NCBI GenBank assembly: GCA_965203925.1
Contig: OZ241924.1
Span: forward strand, 6,741,206 to 6,805,205
From: Bryobacterales bacterium
GTDB lineage: Bacteria; Acidobacteriota; Terriglobia; Bryobacterales; UBA6623
Length of the DNA stretch: 64,000 nucleotides
Reading direction: 5' to 3'
Shown: positions 28,287-38,591 of the stretch, piece by piece
Layout: each line of letters starts with the position of its first letter
Position numbering within the stretch: position 1 is the stretch's first letter
Notes under the pieces: model-generated
What the model saw: the letters and a program-made list of their open reading frames with translations, nothing else
Told to the model about the DNA's origin: nothing
Database searches by the model: none
Translations under genes and position numbers: made by a program

Positions 28287-30233
28287 ATGCTGAAGCTGTT
28301 CCAGAACCAAGGCAAGGTACTGCGGTGGACGATGGGGGTAATCCTCTTCCTCGTCGCAGGCTCGATGGTGATCACGCTCGTTCCGAACGTATTCGGCCCG
28401 GCCGGGCCGGGCGCGCCCGACGTTCTTGCAGAGGTCGCCGGAGTGGCGGTGACCACCGGGGATGTCGAGCTGGAGCTTCGGCAGCACCGCGCGAACAACG
28501 TGCCGCCCGAGGCCATTTCTATGCTCGCCGGCACGGCGATTGATTCGCTCATCACCGAGCGCGTCCTGTTCTCGGAGGCGGCCGCCCTTGGGCTGGTCCC
28601 CTCGGAAGAGGAGCTCGCCCAGTGGATCCGGGAGCAGCTGCCCGACGTGCTCTTCCCGGGTGGGGAGTACATAGGCGGAGACGCCTACCAGCGCTTCGTG
28701 CGCCAGCAGTTCCGGCGGACCGTGCCCGAGTTCGAACGCGACCTCCTCGAACAGATCGCGATCGGGCAGAATCTCCGCCAGCTGGTCACTGACAACGTTC
28801 GAGTGACCGAGGAAGAGGTCGCCAAGCGCTACCACGAGCGCAATGACGCCGTGCAAATCGAATGGGCGGCGATCGCCGCCTCCAGCGTTGCCTCCGAGGT
28901 CTCACCGACTGAAGAGCAATTGCGCGAGTACTTCGAATCGAACAAGCTGCGCTACCGCCATCCGGAACGCAGGCCCCTCCAGCTCATCACGCTCGCGCCT
29001 GACAGCGGGGCGAGCGATGTGGAGATCTCCGAAGCTGAGGTCGAACTCTACTACGGGCAGAACGAATACCGCTTCGAGAACCCCGAGAGGGTAAAGCTGC
29101 GACACATCCTCTTCATGACCCTCGAGAAGACCGAGGAGGAGCAGCAGCAAGCCCTTGAGGATGCCGAGGGCGTGCTGGCAGAGCTGCGCGCAGGGGGGGA
29201 CTTTGAGGCGCTGGCGCAAGAGCACTCCGAGGATCCGGGCAACGCAGACAAGGGCGGTGATCTGGGCTGGGTCAGTCGGGGGATGATGGATCCCGCCTTC
29301 GAAGAGGCCGGTTTCGCCCTGCAGGAAGTGGGTGAGATCTCCTCGGCGCCGGTCAAGTCCGAGTTCGGGTACCACCTCATCCGGCTCGATGACCGGCAGG
29401 CCCCGAGCGTTAAGCCTCTCGAAGAGGTCCGAGAAGTGATCGTGGATGACCTGCGCGCGGAACGGTCCCAGGGCGAGCGGTTCGCGCTGATCGAGCGGGC
29501 TATGACCGCGGCGGAGGAGTCCGGCGGCCAGCTCTCGCAGGTCGCCGCGGACCTCGGGCTCGGCTACCAGGAATTCCCGCCCTTCGGCAGGGACGAAATC
29601 CCGGACGGGCTGCCCAAGGCAACCGCCCTCGTCGAAGCCGTCTTTCAGCAGCTTTCCGGGCAGGTGTTCACCACAGCGGACCAGGACACCGTGTACATCG
29701 GCTTTGTCTCAGAGCCGGTGCTGGCACGCGATGCCGAGTTCGAGGAAGTGCAGGGCACGGTTCTCCGCGACTTCATCGACACGGAGTCCGCGAACATTGC
29801 CCGCCAACGCTCCGACCTACTGGCGCAATCGGCCAAGGATGGCGGAGGCAGCTTGGCGGCTGCGGCCGCGCAATACGGTGCGCAACGGGCGACCACGGAC
29901 TTCGTCCAGCGCGACGGCGAGGCCGATGACCTGGGAGCCGTGAGCGCACTCGGCGAGGAAGCGTTCTCGAAGGCGAACGGTGAGGTGCAGGGCCCGGTGG
30001 CGGTCGGCGACCGCTGGGTGGTGTTCCGAACGATCGAGATGAGGCCCGCCGACGAGTCGCTGCTTGGCGACAGCCGGGAACAACTGCGCCAAGAGCTCAT
30101 GCAGGAAAAAAGGGCGCTCGTGTTCGAGTACTTCCAGCAGGACAAGCTCCGCGAGTACAGCGATGCCGGCTTGGTGGTGCGCTACTCGGCACGGATCCAG
30201 CAGTACCTGCAAGCGATGCAGAGGGTGATCTGA
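28287..30233 (+). CDS. periplasmic chaperone/peptidyl-prolyl isomerase, PpiD/SurA-like (parvulin domain)
   Basis: N-terminal TM anchor and a parvulin domain: LRHILF...GGDLGWVSRGMMDPAFEEAGF...SEFGYHLIRLDD. Confidence 0.85.
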   Translation: MLKLFQNQGKVLRWTMGVILFLVAGSMVITLVPNVFGPAGPGAPDVLAEVAGVAVTTGDVELELRQHRANNVPPEAISMLAGTAIDSLITERVLFSEAAALGLVPSEEELAQWIREQLPDVLFPGGEYIGGDAYQRFVRQQFRRTVPEFERDLLEQIAIGQNLRQLVTDNVRVTEEEVAKRYHERNDAVQIEWAAIAASSVASEVSPTEEQLREYFESNKLRYRHPERRPLQLITLAPDSGASDVEISEAEVELYYGQNEYRFENPERVKLRHILFMTLEKTEEEQQQALEDAEGVLAELRAGGDFEALAQEHSEDPGNADKGGDLGWVSRGMMDPAFEEAGFALQEVGEISSAPVKSEFGYHLIRLDDRQAPSVKPLEEVREVIVDDLRAERSQGERFALIERAMTAAEESGGQLSQVAADLGLGYQEFPPFGRDEIPDGLPKATALVEAVFQQLSGQVFTTADQDTVYIGFVSEPVLARDAEFEEVQGTVLRDFIDTESANIARQRSDLLAQSAKDGGGSLAAAAAQYGAQRATTDFVQRDGEADDLGAVSALGEEAFSKANGEVQGPVAVGDRWVVFRTIEMRPADESLLGDSREQLRQELMQEKRALVFEYFQQDKLREYSDAGLVVRYSARIQQYLQAMQRVI

Positions 30234-30250
30234 GAAAGGCGAGGCCCGAG

Positions 30251-31549
30251 TTGTCCGCAATCACACAGTTGCGCCTCGCCCCAATCGCGCAGTGTTTCCC
30301 AGACCGCTCGATCGCCGATGTCGGCGGCGCGGTGCGGGAGGAGATGCAGAGTGCCGCATGGGCCCTGCGTGTCCCCGCCGGCGCACGCATAGCGGTCGGC
30401 GTGGGTAGCCGCGGAATCCGCAACATCGACCAAATCGCCAAGGCGGTCGTGGCCTTCTGGAAGTCGCGCGGTGCGCGTCCATTCATCGTGCCGGTAATGG
30501 GCAGCCACGGCGCGGCCACGGCGGAAGGCCAGGCTCAGGTCTTGGCGCACTACGGCATCGACGAGGCCACCATGGGGGCACCCGTCGTCAGCTCCCTGGA
30601 GGTCGTCCCTGTGGGTACGACGCCGGAGGGCATCGAGGTCTCCATGGACCGCCACGCGTTCGAGAGCGACGGAGTGATGCTTTGCGGGCGGGTCAAGTGG
30701 CACACGGACTTCGAGGGCGCCCTAGAGAGCGGCATCCACAAGATGATGGCGATCGGCCTAGGGAAGTGGGAGGGGGCCAAGCGCTACCACAGCTGGGCCC
30801 TCCGGATCGGAATGGAGCGCGTAATTCGGGGAGTGGGCGCCGCCATCCGGTCGACCGGGAAGATGCTCGGCGGGCTGGCCATCCTGGAGGACGCCTACCA
30901 CAACACGGCCGAAGTCCGCGCCGTCGGCGCGGAAGGCATGGCAGAGCAGGAGGAGCGCCTCCTGCGCCGCGTGAAGGAATGGAAGCCGAACCTCCCGGTC
31001 GAGAGCGTCGACCTCCTGATCCTCGATGAGATCGGCAAGGACGTCAGCGGTGCGGGAATGGACACGAAAGTGGTCAACCGCGGCGGGCCGCAGGGCCCCA
31101 ACAGCTGGCAGGGCGTGCCCGCGGTCCAACGGATCTATGTCCGTGACCTGTCCGGGAACACTTATGGCAATGCCATCGGAATGGGCTTCGCGGACATTGT
31201 TCACAGGCGCTTGGTGCGCAAGGTGGACTTAGAAGCGACCTGGGTCAATGCCCTGACGGCGTCCGTGACTTACCCGGCGTTCACGCCGGTGCACTATCCG
31301 ACCGACCGGGAGTGCCTTGAGCGGATCCTCCCGACCTGCGGGAAGCTGGACCTCTCCGAGTGCACCGTCCTATGGATCCGCAACACGCTCGACCTCTCGT
31401 CCCTGCTCGCCAGCGAAAACCTTCTGCCCGATCTGGAACGGCGGCCCGGCATTAGAGTGTCTGGGCCCCCGGCCCGGCTAAGCTTCAATGCAACTGGGAA
31501 CCTCTTGAGCCCCTTTGGCACGCGCGCGGAAGAACACCACGCTGCTTGA
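30251..31549 (+). CDS. conserved uncharacterised protein (LarA/DUF2088- or DUF362-like; family uncertain)
   Basis: 432 aa, TTG start. Conserved-looking blocks GVGSRGIRNIDQI, VPVMGSHGAATAEGQ and KMMAIGLGK. The family assignment is from memory only. Confidence 0.55.
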   Translation: MSAITQLRLAPIAQCFPDRSIADVGGAVREEMQSAAWALRVPAGARIAVGVGSRGIRNIDQIAKAVVAFWKSRGARPFIVPVMGSHGAATAEGQAQVLAHYGIDEATMGAPVVSSLEVVPVGTTPEGIEVSMDRHAFESDGVMLCGRVKWHTDFEGALESGIHKMMAIGLGKWEGAKRYHSWALRIGMERVIRGVGAAIRSTGKMLGGLAILEDAYHNTAEVRAVGAEGMAEQEERLLRRVKEWKPNLPVESVDLLILDEIGKDVSGAGMDTKVVNRGGPQGPNSWQGVPAVQRIYVRDLSGNTYGNAIGMGFADIVHRRLVRKVDLEATWVNALTASVTYPAFTPVHYPTDRECLERILPTCGKLDLSECTVLWIRNTLDLSSLLASENLLPDLERRPGIRVSGPPARLSFNATGNLLSPFGTRAEEHHAA

Positions 31550-31603
31550 GAGTCGCCCAGCCTTGCCCCTGCTCCCCACCGGTGTGGCGGAGGGCTCGGC
31601 CCG

Positions 31604-32461
31604 ATGACCGTCCTCCAAGCGGCAGTGCTGGCCGTGGTCCAAGCAGCGACAGAATTCCTGCCGGTCAGCAGTTCGGCGCACCTCGTGCTGGCCCGCTGGC
31701 TGTTCGGCTGGCAAGACCCGGGCCTGGCATTCGACGTCGCGCTGCACTTCGGAACCCTGCTGGCGCTTGCAGCGTACTTCGCCCGGACCTGGGTGCGCAT
31801 AATCGCGAACGGGTTTGGCCAGCGTGGCGGTCACGGCGGCGCTTCCGGCACGGACCGGGATCTGGACGGCAGCCCACGCCTGCTGTGGCACTTGGCCCTC
31901 TCAACCGTTCCAGCCGCCGTGGCCGGACTGCTGGTCCAAGACATCATCGAGACGCACCTGCGCAGCCCGCTCGTGATCGCGTCGATGCTGGTTGCGGTCG
32001 GGTTGGTGCTCTTGCGAGCCGACCGGCAAGGCGCGCGAGGCGGCGATCTTGGTTCGCTCTCCCTAATGCGATGTGTTCTCGTCGGCTGCGCGCAGGCCGT
32101 CGCCCTCGTCCCGGGCACGTCCAGGTCGGGCGTCACGATTGCTGCGGGACTGCTGTTGGGCCTGCGCCGGGATGCGGCAGCCCGGCTCTCGTTCCTGTTA
32201 GCGATGCCTGTCGTGCTGGGCGCTTCCCTGAAGACTGGCATCGAGACGCTGGTCGGAGCGGGCCCAAGAAGCGTCGAGGCTTGGCCGCTGACGGTCGGAA
32301 TCGCCGTGAGCGCGATCGCGGGCTATTTCGTGATCGCAGCATTCCTGCGTTACCTGCGGGCGTCAAGCCTGGCCCCGTTCGTCTACTATCGGTTTGGAGT
32401 GGGAGCGCTCGTGCTCGCACTGCTGGCCGCCAAGGGATCCCCAGCGGGCGGCGGTCTCTAG
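31604..32461 (+). CDS. uppP: undecaprenyl-diphosphate phosphatase
   Basis: EFLPVSSSAHL and PGTSRSG motifs, with eight TM segments. Confidence 0.9.
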   Translation: MTVLQAAVLAVVQAATEFLPVSSSAHLVLARWLFGWQDPGLAFDVALHFGTLLALAAYFARTWVRIIANGFGQRGGHGGASGTDRDLDGSPRLLWHLALSTVPAAVAGLLVQDIIETHLRSPLVIASMLVAVGLVLLRADRQGARGGDLGSLSLMRCVLVGCAQAVALVPGTSRSGVTIAAGLLLGLRRDAAARLSFLLAMPVVLGASLKTGIETLVGAGPRSVEAWPLTVGIAVSAIAGYFVIAAFLRYLRASSLAPFVYYRFGVGALVLALLAAKGSPAGGGL

Positions 32462-32471
32462 AGGTGAGCCG

Positions 32472-34778
32472 GTGAAGGTTAGGATCACGATCCGCGACCT
32501 CAGGCTGGCCGAGATGGCCGGAGTGCTCCTGCTGATCGCGGCGGTGGGAACACTGCTGAGCATCGGGTCCTACTCCCCCCATGACCCGTCCGCGAATGTC
32601 GCCTCCACCAATGCGGTGGCCAAGAACTGGATGGGCATTCCGGGAGCGTACTTCGCGGACCTTGTCCTGCAATTGCTGGGGCTGGGCGCGTTCTCACTGC
32701 CAGTCGGGCTAGGGCTTGCCGGAGTTTGGACGCTGCGCGGCAAGGGCTACCAGCACTTCGGGTGGATCGTGGTCGGCATATCCCTGCTGCTGGTCGTCTT
32801 CTGCTGCGCCCTGCAGCTGGCGGCGGCACCGATCTCTCGGGGCCTGCCGGACCGATGGGCCGGCGCGGTCAAGCCGGGCGGAGCGGTTGGCCAGGTGCTG
32901 GGCGAACTCTCCTTGTCCGTGCTCAATGTTGGCGGCACAATCCTCGCGCTCGCCGCCTTGGGCGCGGTCGGGGGCCTAGTGCTCGCGAGCGTCTTGGTCC
33001 GGCCAAAACCCGAAGGGCCTAAGCCGAGCCCGACCGCCGTGGACAAGAGGGCCCGCGCGCCTCGCAAGACCGCATCCGCGAACCGGAAGCAAAACGCGCG
33101 GCGATTGGCTGCGGACAAGACTCTGGCAGAAAAGCCCGCGATGCTCACGCCACCGACCAAGACCAAGGAGTCGGCCAAGAAGGGATCCGAAACGTCCGAA
33201 CCGCTTGGGCCCCCGATCGTTCCTCCGGCAGACCGGCTGCCGCCCTCAAAGCTGGGGGGAACGATGCTTGGCGAGGCGGTCGGCGCAGGAGGCACCGGAA
33301 CTGGCACGATCGGCAATGCGCGCAAGCCACCTGCTGGCAGCGCAGAACCGTTCCAGCTTCCCTCGTCAGTGCTGCTCAAGTCGCCGGTCAAGCGGCACGC
33401 CTTCGATGAGGAGGAGCTACAGGCCACGGGTCAGCAGATTCTCGCGAAGTTCGAAGAGTTCGGAGTTCGCGGACAGGTGCACCAGATCAATCCGGGCCCG
33501 GTGGTCACCACCTTCGAGTTCAAGCCGAACAGAGGCGTCAAGCTGAGCAAGATCCTGAACCTTTCGGAGGACCTGTGCTTGGCCTTGGAGTGCGAATCGA
33601 TCCTGGTGGAGCGCATTCCGGGCAAACCGACGGTCGGCATCGAGGTCCCGAATCGGGACCGCGAGATTATCTGCTTCAGGGAGGTGGTGGAGACCAAGGT
33701 CTTTCAAGAGGCAAAGTCGATGCTGGCATTCGCGCTCGGCAAGGACATAAACGGCAAGATCCACTGCGCGGATCTCGCGTCGATGCCGCACCTGCTGGTC
33801 GCTGGACAGACGGGATCCGGCAAGAGCGTCATGGTGAACGCCCTCATCATGTCGCTGCTCATGCGTGCGACCCCAGATCAGGTGCGCCTGATCCTGGTCG
33901 ACCCGAAGACCGTCGAGCTGACCTACTACTCCGACATCCCACACCTGCTGACGCCGGTGATCACCGACATGAAGCAGGCCACCCACGCGCTGGTCAACGC
34001 AACTCGCGAGATGGAGCGGCGCCTGCAGCTACTTGCCAAGCATGGGGCTCGCAACATCAGCCAGTTCAACCAGAAGGCCCGTGCCAAGGGCGGGCGTCGG
34101 CGCAAGTCGGGCGACGAGGAGATCGAGCCCCTGCCGTACATCGTCGTCGTCGTTGACGAGCTGGCCGACCTCATGATGCTGGCGGGTCGGCAGGTCGAAG
34201 AGGCCATCCAGCGCTTGGCGCAGATGTCGCGGGCAGTGGGCATTCACCTCTTGCTGGCCACCCAACGGCCGAGCGTGGACGTCATCACGGGGCTGATCAA
34301 GGCGAACATTCCGGCAAGGCTGTCGTTCTTGGTGGCAACACGGGTCGACTCCCGGACAATCCTGGACTCCATGGGCGCCGAGTCGCTGCTAGGCATGGGC
34401 GACATGCTCTTCTTGCCTCCGGGAACTGCCCGAATGAGACGGCTGCACGGGCCGTTGGTCACCGAGGAGGAGATCCGAGCGGTGGTGGCCCACTGGACTT
34501 CACGAGCGGCACCCGAATACCAGACCGACTTCCTGAAGGCCCCCAAATCTGAAAAGCCCTCCGACGCGTCCGCGGACGACGGTTTCAAAGATGCGCTGTA
34601 CGACCAGGCAGTGGAACTCGTTATGCAGATGGGCAAGGCATCAACGTCCACCCTGCAGCGCAGGCTGCGGCTCGGCTACGGACGTGCGGCGCGCATCCTG
34701 GACGCGATGGAGCGGGAAGGCATCATCGGGCCGCCCGACGGGAGCAAGCCCCGCAAGGTCCTCAGGCCCCGAGGCTGA
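32472..34778 (+). CDS. ftsK: DNA translocase FtsK
   Basis: N-terminal TM domain, Pro/Lys-rich linker, motor domain with GQTGSGKSVMVNALI (Walker A) and VVVVDELADLMM (Walker B), and a C-terminal gamma winged helix (STSTLQRRLRLGYGRAARILD). The GTG at 32472 follows the uppP stop. Confidence 0.9.
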   Translation: MKVRITIRDLRLAEMAGVLLLIAAVGTLLSIGSYSPHDPSANVASTNAVAKNWMGIPGAYFADLVLQLLGLGAFSLPVGLGLAGVWTLRGKGYQHFGWIVVGISLLLVVFCCALQLAAAPISRGLPDRWAGAVKPGGAVGQVLGELSLSVLNVGGTILALAALGAVGGLVLASVLVRPKPEGPKPSPTAVDKRARAPRKTASANRKQNARRLAADKTLAEKPAMLTPPTKTKESAKKGSETSEPLGPPIVPPADRLPPSKLGGTMLGEAVGAGGTGTGTIGNARKPPAGSAEPFQLPSSVLLKSPVKRHAFDEEELQATGQQILAKFEEFGVRGQVHQINPGPVVTTFEFKPNRGVKLSKILNLSEDLCLALECESILVERIPGKPTVGIEVPNRDREIICFREVVETKVFQEAKSMLAFALGKDINGKIHCADLASMPHLLVAGQTGSGKSVMVNALIMSLLMRATPDQVRLILVDPKTVELTYYSDIPHLLTPVITDMKQATHALVNATREMERRLQLLAKHGARNISQFNQKARAKGGRRRKSGDEEIEPLPYIVVVVDELADLMMLAGRQVEEAIQRLAQMSRAVGIHLLLATQRPSVDVITGLIKANIPARLSFLVATRVDSRTILDSMGAESLLGMGDMLFLPPGTARMRRLHGPLVTEEEIRAVVAHWTSRAAPEYQTDFLKAPKSEKPSDASADDGFKDALYDQAVELVMQMGKASTSTLQRRLRLGYGRAARILDAMEREGIIGPPDGSKPRKVLRPRG

Positions 34779-34822
34779 ACGGCCGACCGGACCCGAGGAC
34801 TTACGGAGCGCCGAGTCTCAGG

Positions 34823-36160
34823 TCACTGCCCTAAGTGCTTCTCGAACAGCTCGGCAAGCTCCGTGCTGTGCCGCACCACATCGGTGTGCCGCTCGGCCTC
34901 GACCATGACCCTCACGACCTGCTCCGTCCCGGAATAGCGAATCAGCACCCTGCCCCGGCCAGCCAGCTCCAGCTCGCGGTCGGCGATCGCGGATCGGATC
35001 TCCGGCAGCCGGTCCAGCGGGAGCTTTTCTCGTACGCGAACGTTGACCAACCTCTGCGGGAACGGCTTCATTCTCTTGCGCAGCGCACTGCAGGGAACGC
35101 CCTCGTCGGCCAAGACCCGGAGCATGAACAGCATCGCCAGCAGGCCGTCTCCGGTGGTCGCGTGGTCGGAGAAGACCAGATGCCCGGACTGTTCGCCGCC
35201 GAGGGAAGCACCGGCCGCGAGCATGCCCTCTGTGACGTGCCGGTCACCAACGGGCGTGCGGACCAGCCGGATGTCGAGGCCTTGGAGGGCAATGTCCAAG
35301 GCAAGGTTGGACATCACGGTGGCCACCACGAGGTCGCCCTGCAGCCGCCTCCGCCGCTTGAGCGCGCTGGCCGCGAGAAGCAAGAGGTGGTCACCGTCAA
35401 GCACCTCGCCCTGCTCGTCGACCAGAAGGCAGCGGTCCGAGTCCCCGTCCATCGCGAATCCAAAGTCCGCCCCGCAGTCGACGACCCGCTGACCGAGGGC
35501 GCGCATGTGCAGCGCCCCGCAATCGAGATTGATGTTCCTGCCGCTCGGCTCGCAGCCGGTGAAGCTGGCCCGACATCCCGCCATCTCCACCAGGCGCGGC
35601 GCGATGCGCGCGGCGGCTCCGTTGGCGCAGTCGACCACAAATCGAAGGCGACGCGCCCGCTCGGAAACGGGAACCGCCTCCAATAAATGGCTAATGTAGG
35701 CCTGCGCGACATCCGGGCGATCGGCGGGCTCCTCTGATCGAGGCCTGATGCCATTTGAGAGCAGGGCCTGCACACGGCCTTCGACAGCCGCCTCGCAGTT
35801 GTCGGGCAGCTTATACCCCGATGGGCCGAAGACCTTGATCCCGTTATCGCGGAACGGGTTGTGGGAGGCCGAGACGACGACCCCCAGGCCGTAGCTGCCG
35901 TTCCGCGTGGCGTGGGCGACAGCCGGCGTCGGAAGCACTCCGGCAAACTCTGGCGCAGCGCCGCCGTCCTTGAGCCCAGCCGAGAGGAGGCGCACGATCC
36001 GCGGCCCCGACTCCCTTGTGTCCATTCCGATCAGGACGCCCCCGTGGCGGTCCTGCGCTATGTGGTCCGCCAAGGCCAGCCCAACGGCGAACACCGTGCG
36101 GTCGTCCAGCGGGGGCTCGCCCGCCCGACCGCGGATCCCGTCTGTTCCGAATAAAGTCAT
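34823..36160 (-). CDS. glmM: phosphoglucosamine mutase
   Basis: LFGTDGIRG and the SASHNPFRDNGIK active-site loop. Confidence 0.9.
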   Translation of the reverse strand: MTLFGTDGIRGRAGEPPLDDRTVFAVGLALADHIAQDRHGGVLIGMDTRESGPRIVRLLSAGLKDGGAAPEFAGVLPTPAVAHATRNGSYGLGVVVSASHNPFRDNGIKVFGPSGYKLPDNCEAAVEGRVQALLSNGIRPRSEEPADRPDVAQAYISHLLEAVPVSERARRLRFVVDCANGAAARIAPRLVEMAGCRASFTGCEPSGRNINLDCGALHMRALGQRVVDCGADFGFAMDGDSDRCLLVDEQGEVLDGDHLLLLAASALKRRRRLQGDLVVATVMSNLALDIALQGLDIRLVRTPVGDRHVTEGMLAAGASLGGEQSGHLVFSDHATTGDGLLAMLFMLRVLADEGVPCSALRKRMKPFPQRLVNVRVREKLPLDRLPEIRSAIADRELELAGRGRVLIRYSGTEQVVRVMVEAERHTDVVRHSTELAELFEKHLGQ

Positions 36161-36257
36161 TGCCCTAGCCGGCGCGCTCCCGACCGCCGCCTGTCTGAAT
36201 CAATTGTACGAGGTATTGGTTCCAGATGGTGCGTCGGTGGCGGCAATCGGCCCGGCG

Positions 36258-37322
36258 TCAGGCCTCGAAGCCATGCATCTTGCGATAGATGGGGTCGTCG
36301 TAACGCTGCGTGGACTTGAAATGCTCGTGGCGGCCGTCGCCAGCCTCCGGAGCGGCCAGAGCCATAATCTCTCCGCGGTCCTCTTCGGACAGCGGGGCAA
36401 ATCCGCGGGCGATCTCGACATCCGCGTCGAGCTGCTCCATCGTGAGGTACCCGCGCACGATCGACGACACCGGGAGGCTCAGGGCCCAGCGGACACACAT
36501 TTCGGCGGTGACTCTCGTGGTCGTAGGAATCTCCCCTTGGCGGGGACCGCCGCCGAGACATTTCATCCCGATCACGCCCACGCCCTTCGCCAGGCAGCTG
36601 GGCACCACCTCCTTCTGAAAGGACCTGTAGAAATGGTCCATCGGATTGATCGGCATCTGAGAGGACGCCCACTGGTAGCCCTTCTCGAGCATCTTCAGGT
36701 GGATGCTCGGGTGCTTATGGCCGGTGAATCCGATGTGGCGCACCTTGCCCGCCTTCTGCGCCTCGATCGCCACTCTGAGGCCACCGCGCTCGAATACCCA
36801 GTCCGGATCGTTGTCGTAGTTGATCTCGTGGAATTGCCAGAGGTCGATGTAGTCGGTCTGCATCCGGCGCAGGCTGTCCTCAAGACACTGGCGCGCGAAC
36901 TTCTCGTCCCTACCGGAGTTCTTGGTCATCAGGAAGACCTTTTCCCTGCGGCCCTTGAGCGCCTTGCCCATGAACTCCTCGGCGTAGCCGTCGTGGTAGG
37001 CCCAAGCGTTGTCCCAGAAGGTAACGCCATTGTCGACGGCGGCGTGGGCCAACCTGATCGCCTGCGGCTCCCCGTCATCCTTGGCCGCCCGGCCGAGGTG
37101 TGCGCCGCCCAAACAGAGGATGGACACCTGCTCTCCGGTCCCTCCCAATGGTCGGGTCGGTATACCCTGACCGCCGTCCCGCTGCGGGATAGCCTGGGCC
37201 GCCAATGCGGCCATCCCAGCACGGGAGGTGGGAACGCTCGTAAGGCCTGTGCGTGCCATCGGCAACAGTATAGGACGCGCGGCCCCCAGCAGGGCGGCGG
37301 CAAGCTGCCCCGCCGCCCGCAA
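36258..37322 (-). CDS. aldo/keto reductase with N-terminal signal
   Basis: GLGGAHLG..., FWDNAWAYHDGYAEE, LWQFHEI, GFTGH: AKR catalytic and fold motifs. Confidence 0.85.
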   Translation of the reverse strand: MRAAGQLAAALLGAARPILLPMARTGLTSVPTSRAGMAALAAQAIPQRDGGQGIPTRPLGGTGEQVSILCLGGAHLGRAAKDDGEPQAIRLAHAAVDNGVTFWDNAWAYHDGYAEEFMGKALKGRREKVFLMTKNSGRDEKFARQCLEDSLRRMQTDYIDLWQFHEINYDNDPDWVFERGGLRVAIEAQKAGKVRHIGFTGHKHPSIHLKMLEKGYQWASSQMPINPMDHFYRSFQKEVVPSCLAKGVGVIGMKCLGGGPRQGEIPTTTRVTAEMCVRWALSLPVSSIVRGYLTMEQLDADVEIARGFAPLSEEDRGEIMALAAPEAGDGRHEHFKSTQRYDDPIYRKMHGFEA

Positions 37323-37361
37323 GTCGAAGCGGGGAGACGATCCGCCGCCGCGCCGCCCGGA

Positions 37362-37880
37362 TCAATCTTCGCGGGCGGCAGCGAAGAACTCCAGCGGCTC
37401 CAGATCGACGAACCTCCACCGTCCGCCCCGCCTAGCCGCCCGAAGGTCCACCTTCTGCCTGCGGCGCTCAACGGGGCCGGGGTCCAGCTTCGGGGTCAGC
37501 TCGACGAGCCAGTCGACGCTCACGCGCCATTCATCCGGCCCGCCCGTCACTGGCCCGACGGCAACCGACGAGGCAATCCTCCGCTGCTGCGCCAGCGCGC
37601 TGATCCCCTCCCGGAGCGCCCCGTGGCCAGCGAACCGCCTCCGATCAAACGCGCCCATGAAGAGCGCCGCGTTGCCGGACTGCAGCGACCGGCTGCAGTC
37701 GCGCACGAGCCTGACGATCGCCGTCGACGGATCCTCACCCGCCGGCTGGCCGGCACAAAGTACCGGGATCGTCGCCAGCATTAGCCGCGCGCAGATCGCC
37801 GCCGAGAGCGGAAGGTCGCGCAACTGTCGGCCGACAGGCCCAAGGCCGGAGGGAACGTCGCGCTGCAACCTGCGCCGCAT
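37362..37880 (-). CDS. hypothetical secreted protein (SnoaL/NTF2-like fold possible)
   Basis: 172-aa ORF with a signal-like N-terminus and no diagnostic motif. Confidence 0.45.
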   Translation of the reverse strand: MRRRLQRDVPSGLGPVGRQLRDLPLSAAICARLMLATIPVLCAGQPAGEDPSTAIVRLVRDCSRSLQSGNAALFMGAFDRRRFAGHGALREGISALAQQRRIASSVAVGPVTGGPDEWRVSVDWLVELTPKLDPGPVERRRQKVDLRAARRGGRWRFVDLEPLEFFAAARED

Positions 37881-37883
37881 TGC

Positions 37884-38591
37884 TCAGATCTCTCTGAACG
37901 GGCCTCCCTTCACGACATGGGCGATGGCCTCGCCGGGCACCCGGTACTCCGAATGGGCGGTGTTCCCTACGTAGCCGATGTCCTCAATGCCGGCCGGGCT
38001 GGTGTAGTAGGCATCGACGACAAGACGTCGCGCCCAGTCGAAGAAGACCAGCCCTCGGCGCAGTTTGGAGGGAGCCCTGACGCCGAACACTGAGAACCGC
38101 GGATACTCTTCCGTCTCCCACGCGGTGTCGGGCCCGGTCTCAGTGCGTTCGGCCTCCACTATGGCGGCGAGCATCGCATCTTGTTGCGCGGCGGTGCAGT
38201 CGAAGAAGGCATGGCCGTGCGACTGCTTGGCCTCGTGGTCGAGCCACAGGATGCCGCCCGTGAAGATCGCAGCGAGCTCTGCGTTCTCGCTGGCCAGGAG
38301 GTCAATGAACTCGGGCGCGCCGCCCTCGCGCGCGCTGGGTCCACCCTCGTCCTCGGGGACGATCAATTCCGACAGCCGCTCCAAGGTCTTGAACTCATGC
38401 TCGTTGAAGTACTTGACCTTGTAGTCCCCCTGAAGAGTGCGCTCCTGTTCGACCTGCTCGTGCACTTCAGCGGCATCCGCTCGCCGCATGCTGCCCGCTG
38501 CGCCCCCGGCGGTGATCGCGAGGGCGATCCGGCGCAGCGCGTCCCGGCGCGACAGGGTGTCGATCCGTACGAATCCAGACGTGTTAGACAT
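37884..38591 (-). CDS. gluconate 2-dehydrogenase subunit 3 family protein (Tat signal)
   Basis: SRRDALRRIALAITAGGAAG Tat signal. It overlaps by 8 nt with, and lies immediately downstream of, a GMC oxidoreductase gene, which is the usual pairing. Confidence 0.7.
   Translation of the reverse strand: MSNTSGFVRIDTLSRRDALRRIALAITAGGAAGSMRRADAAEVHEQVEQERTLQGDYKVKYFNEHEFKTLERLSELIVPEDEGGPSAREGGAPEFIDLLASENAELAAIFTGGILWLDHEAKQSHGHAFFDCTAAQQDAMLAAIVEAERTETGPDTAWETEEYPRFSVFGVRAPSKLRRGLVFFDWARRLVVDAYYTSPAGIEDIGYVGNTAHSEYRVPGEAIAHVVKGGPFREI

Noticed and set aside
31546-32475. 309-aa plus-strand ORF overlapping uppP in another frame
   Set aside because: The uppP frame carries the diagnostic EFLPVSSSAHL and PGTSRSG motifs. 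The alternative frame is Arg/Pro/Gly-rich with no motifs.
35907-37784. 625-aa plus-strand ORF
   Set aside because: It is antisense to glmM and the aldo/keto reductase, both of which have unambiguous family motifs. Its composition (R/G/P/A-rich) has no motifs. High-GC antisense artefact.
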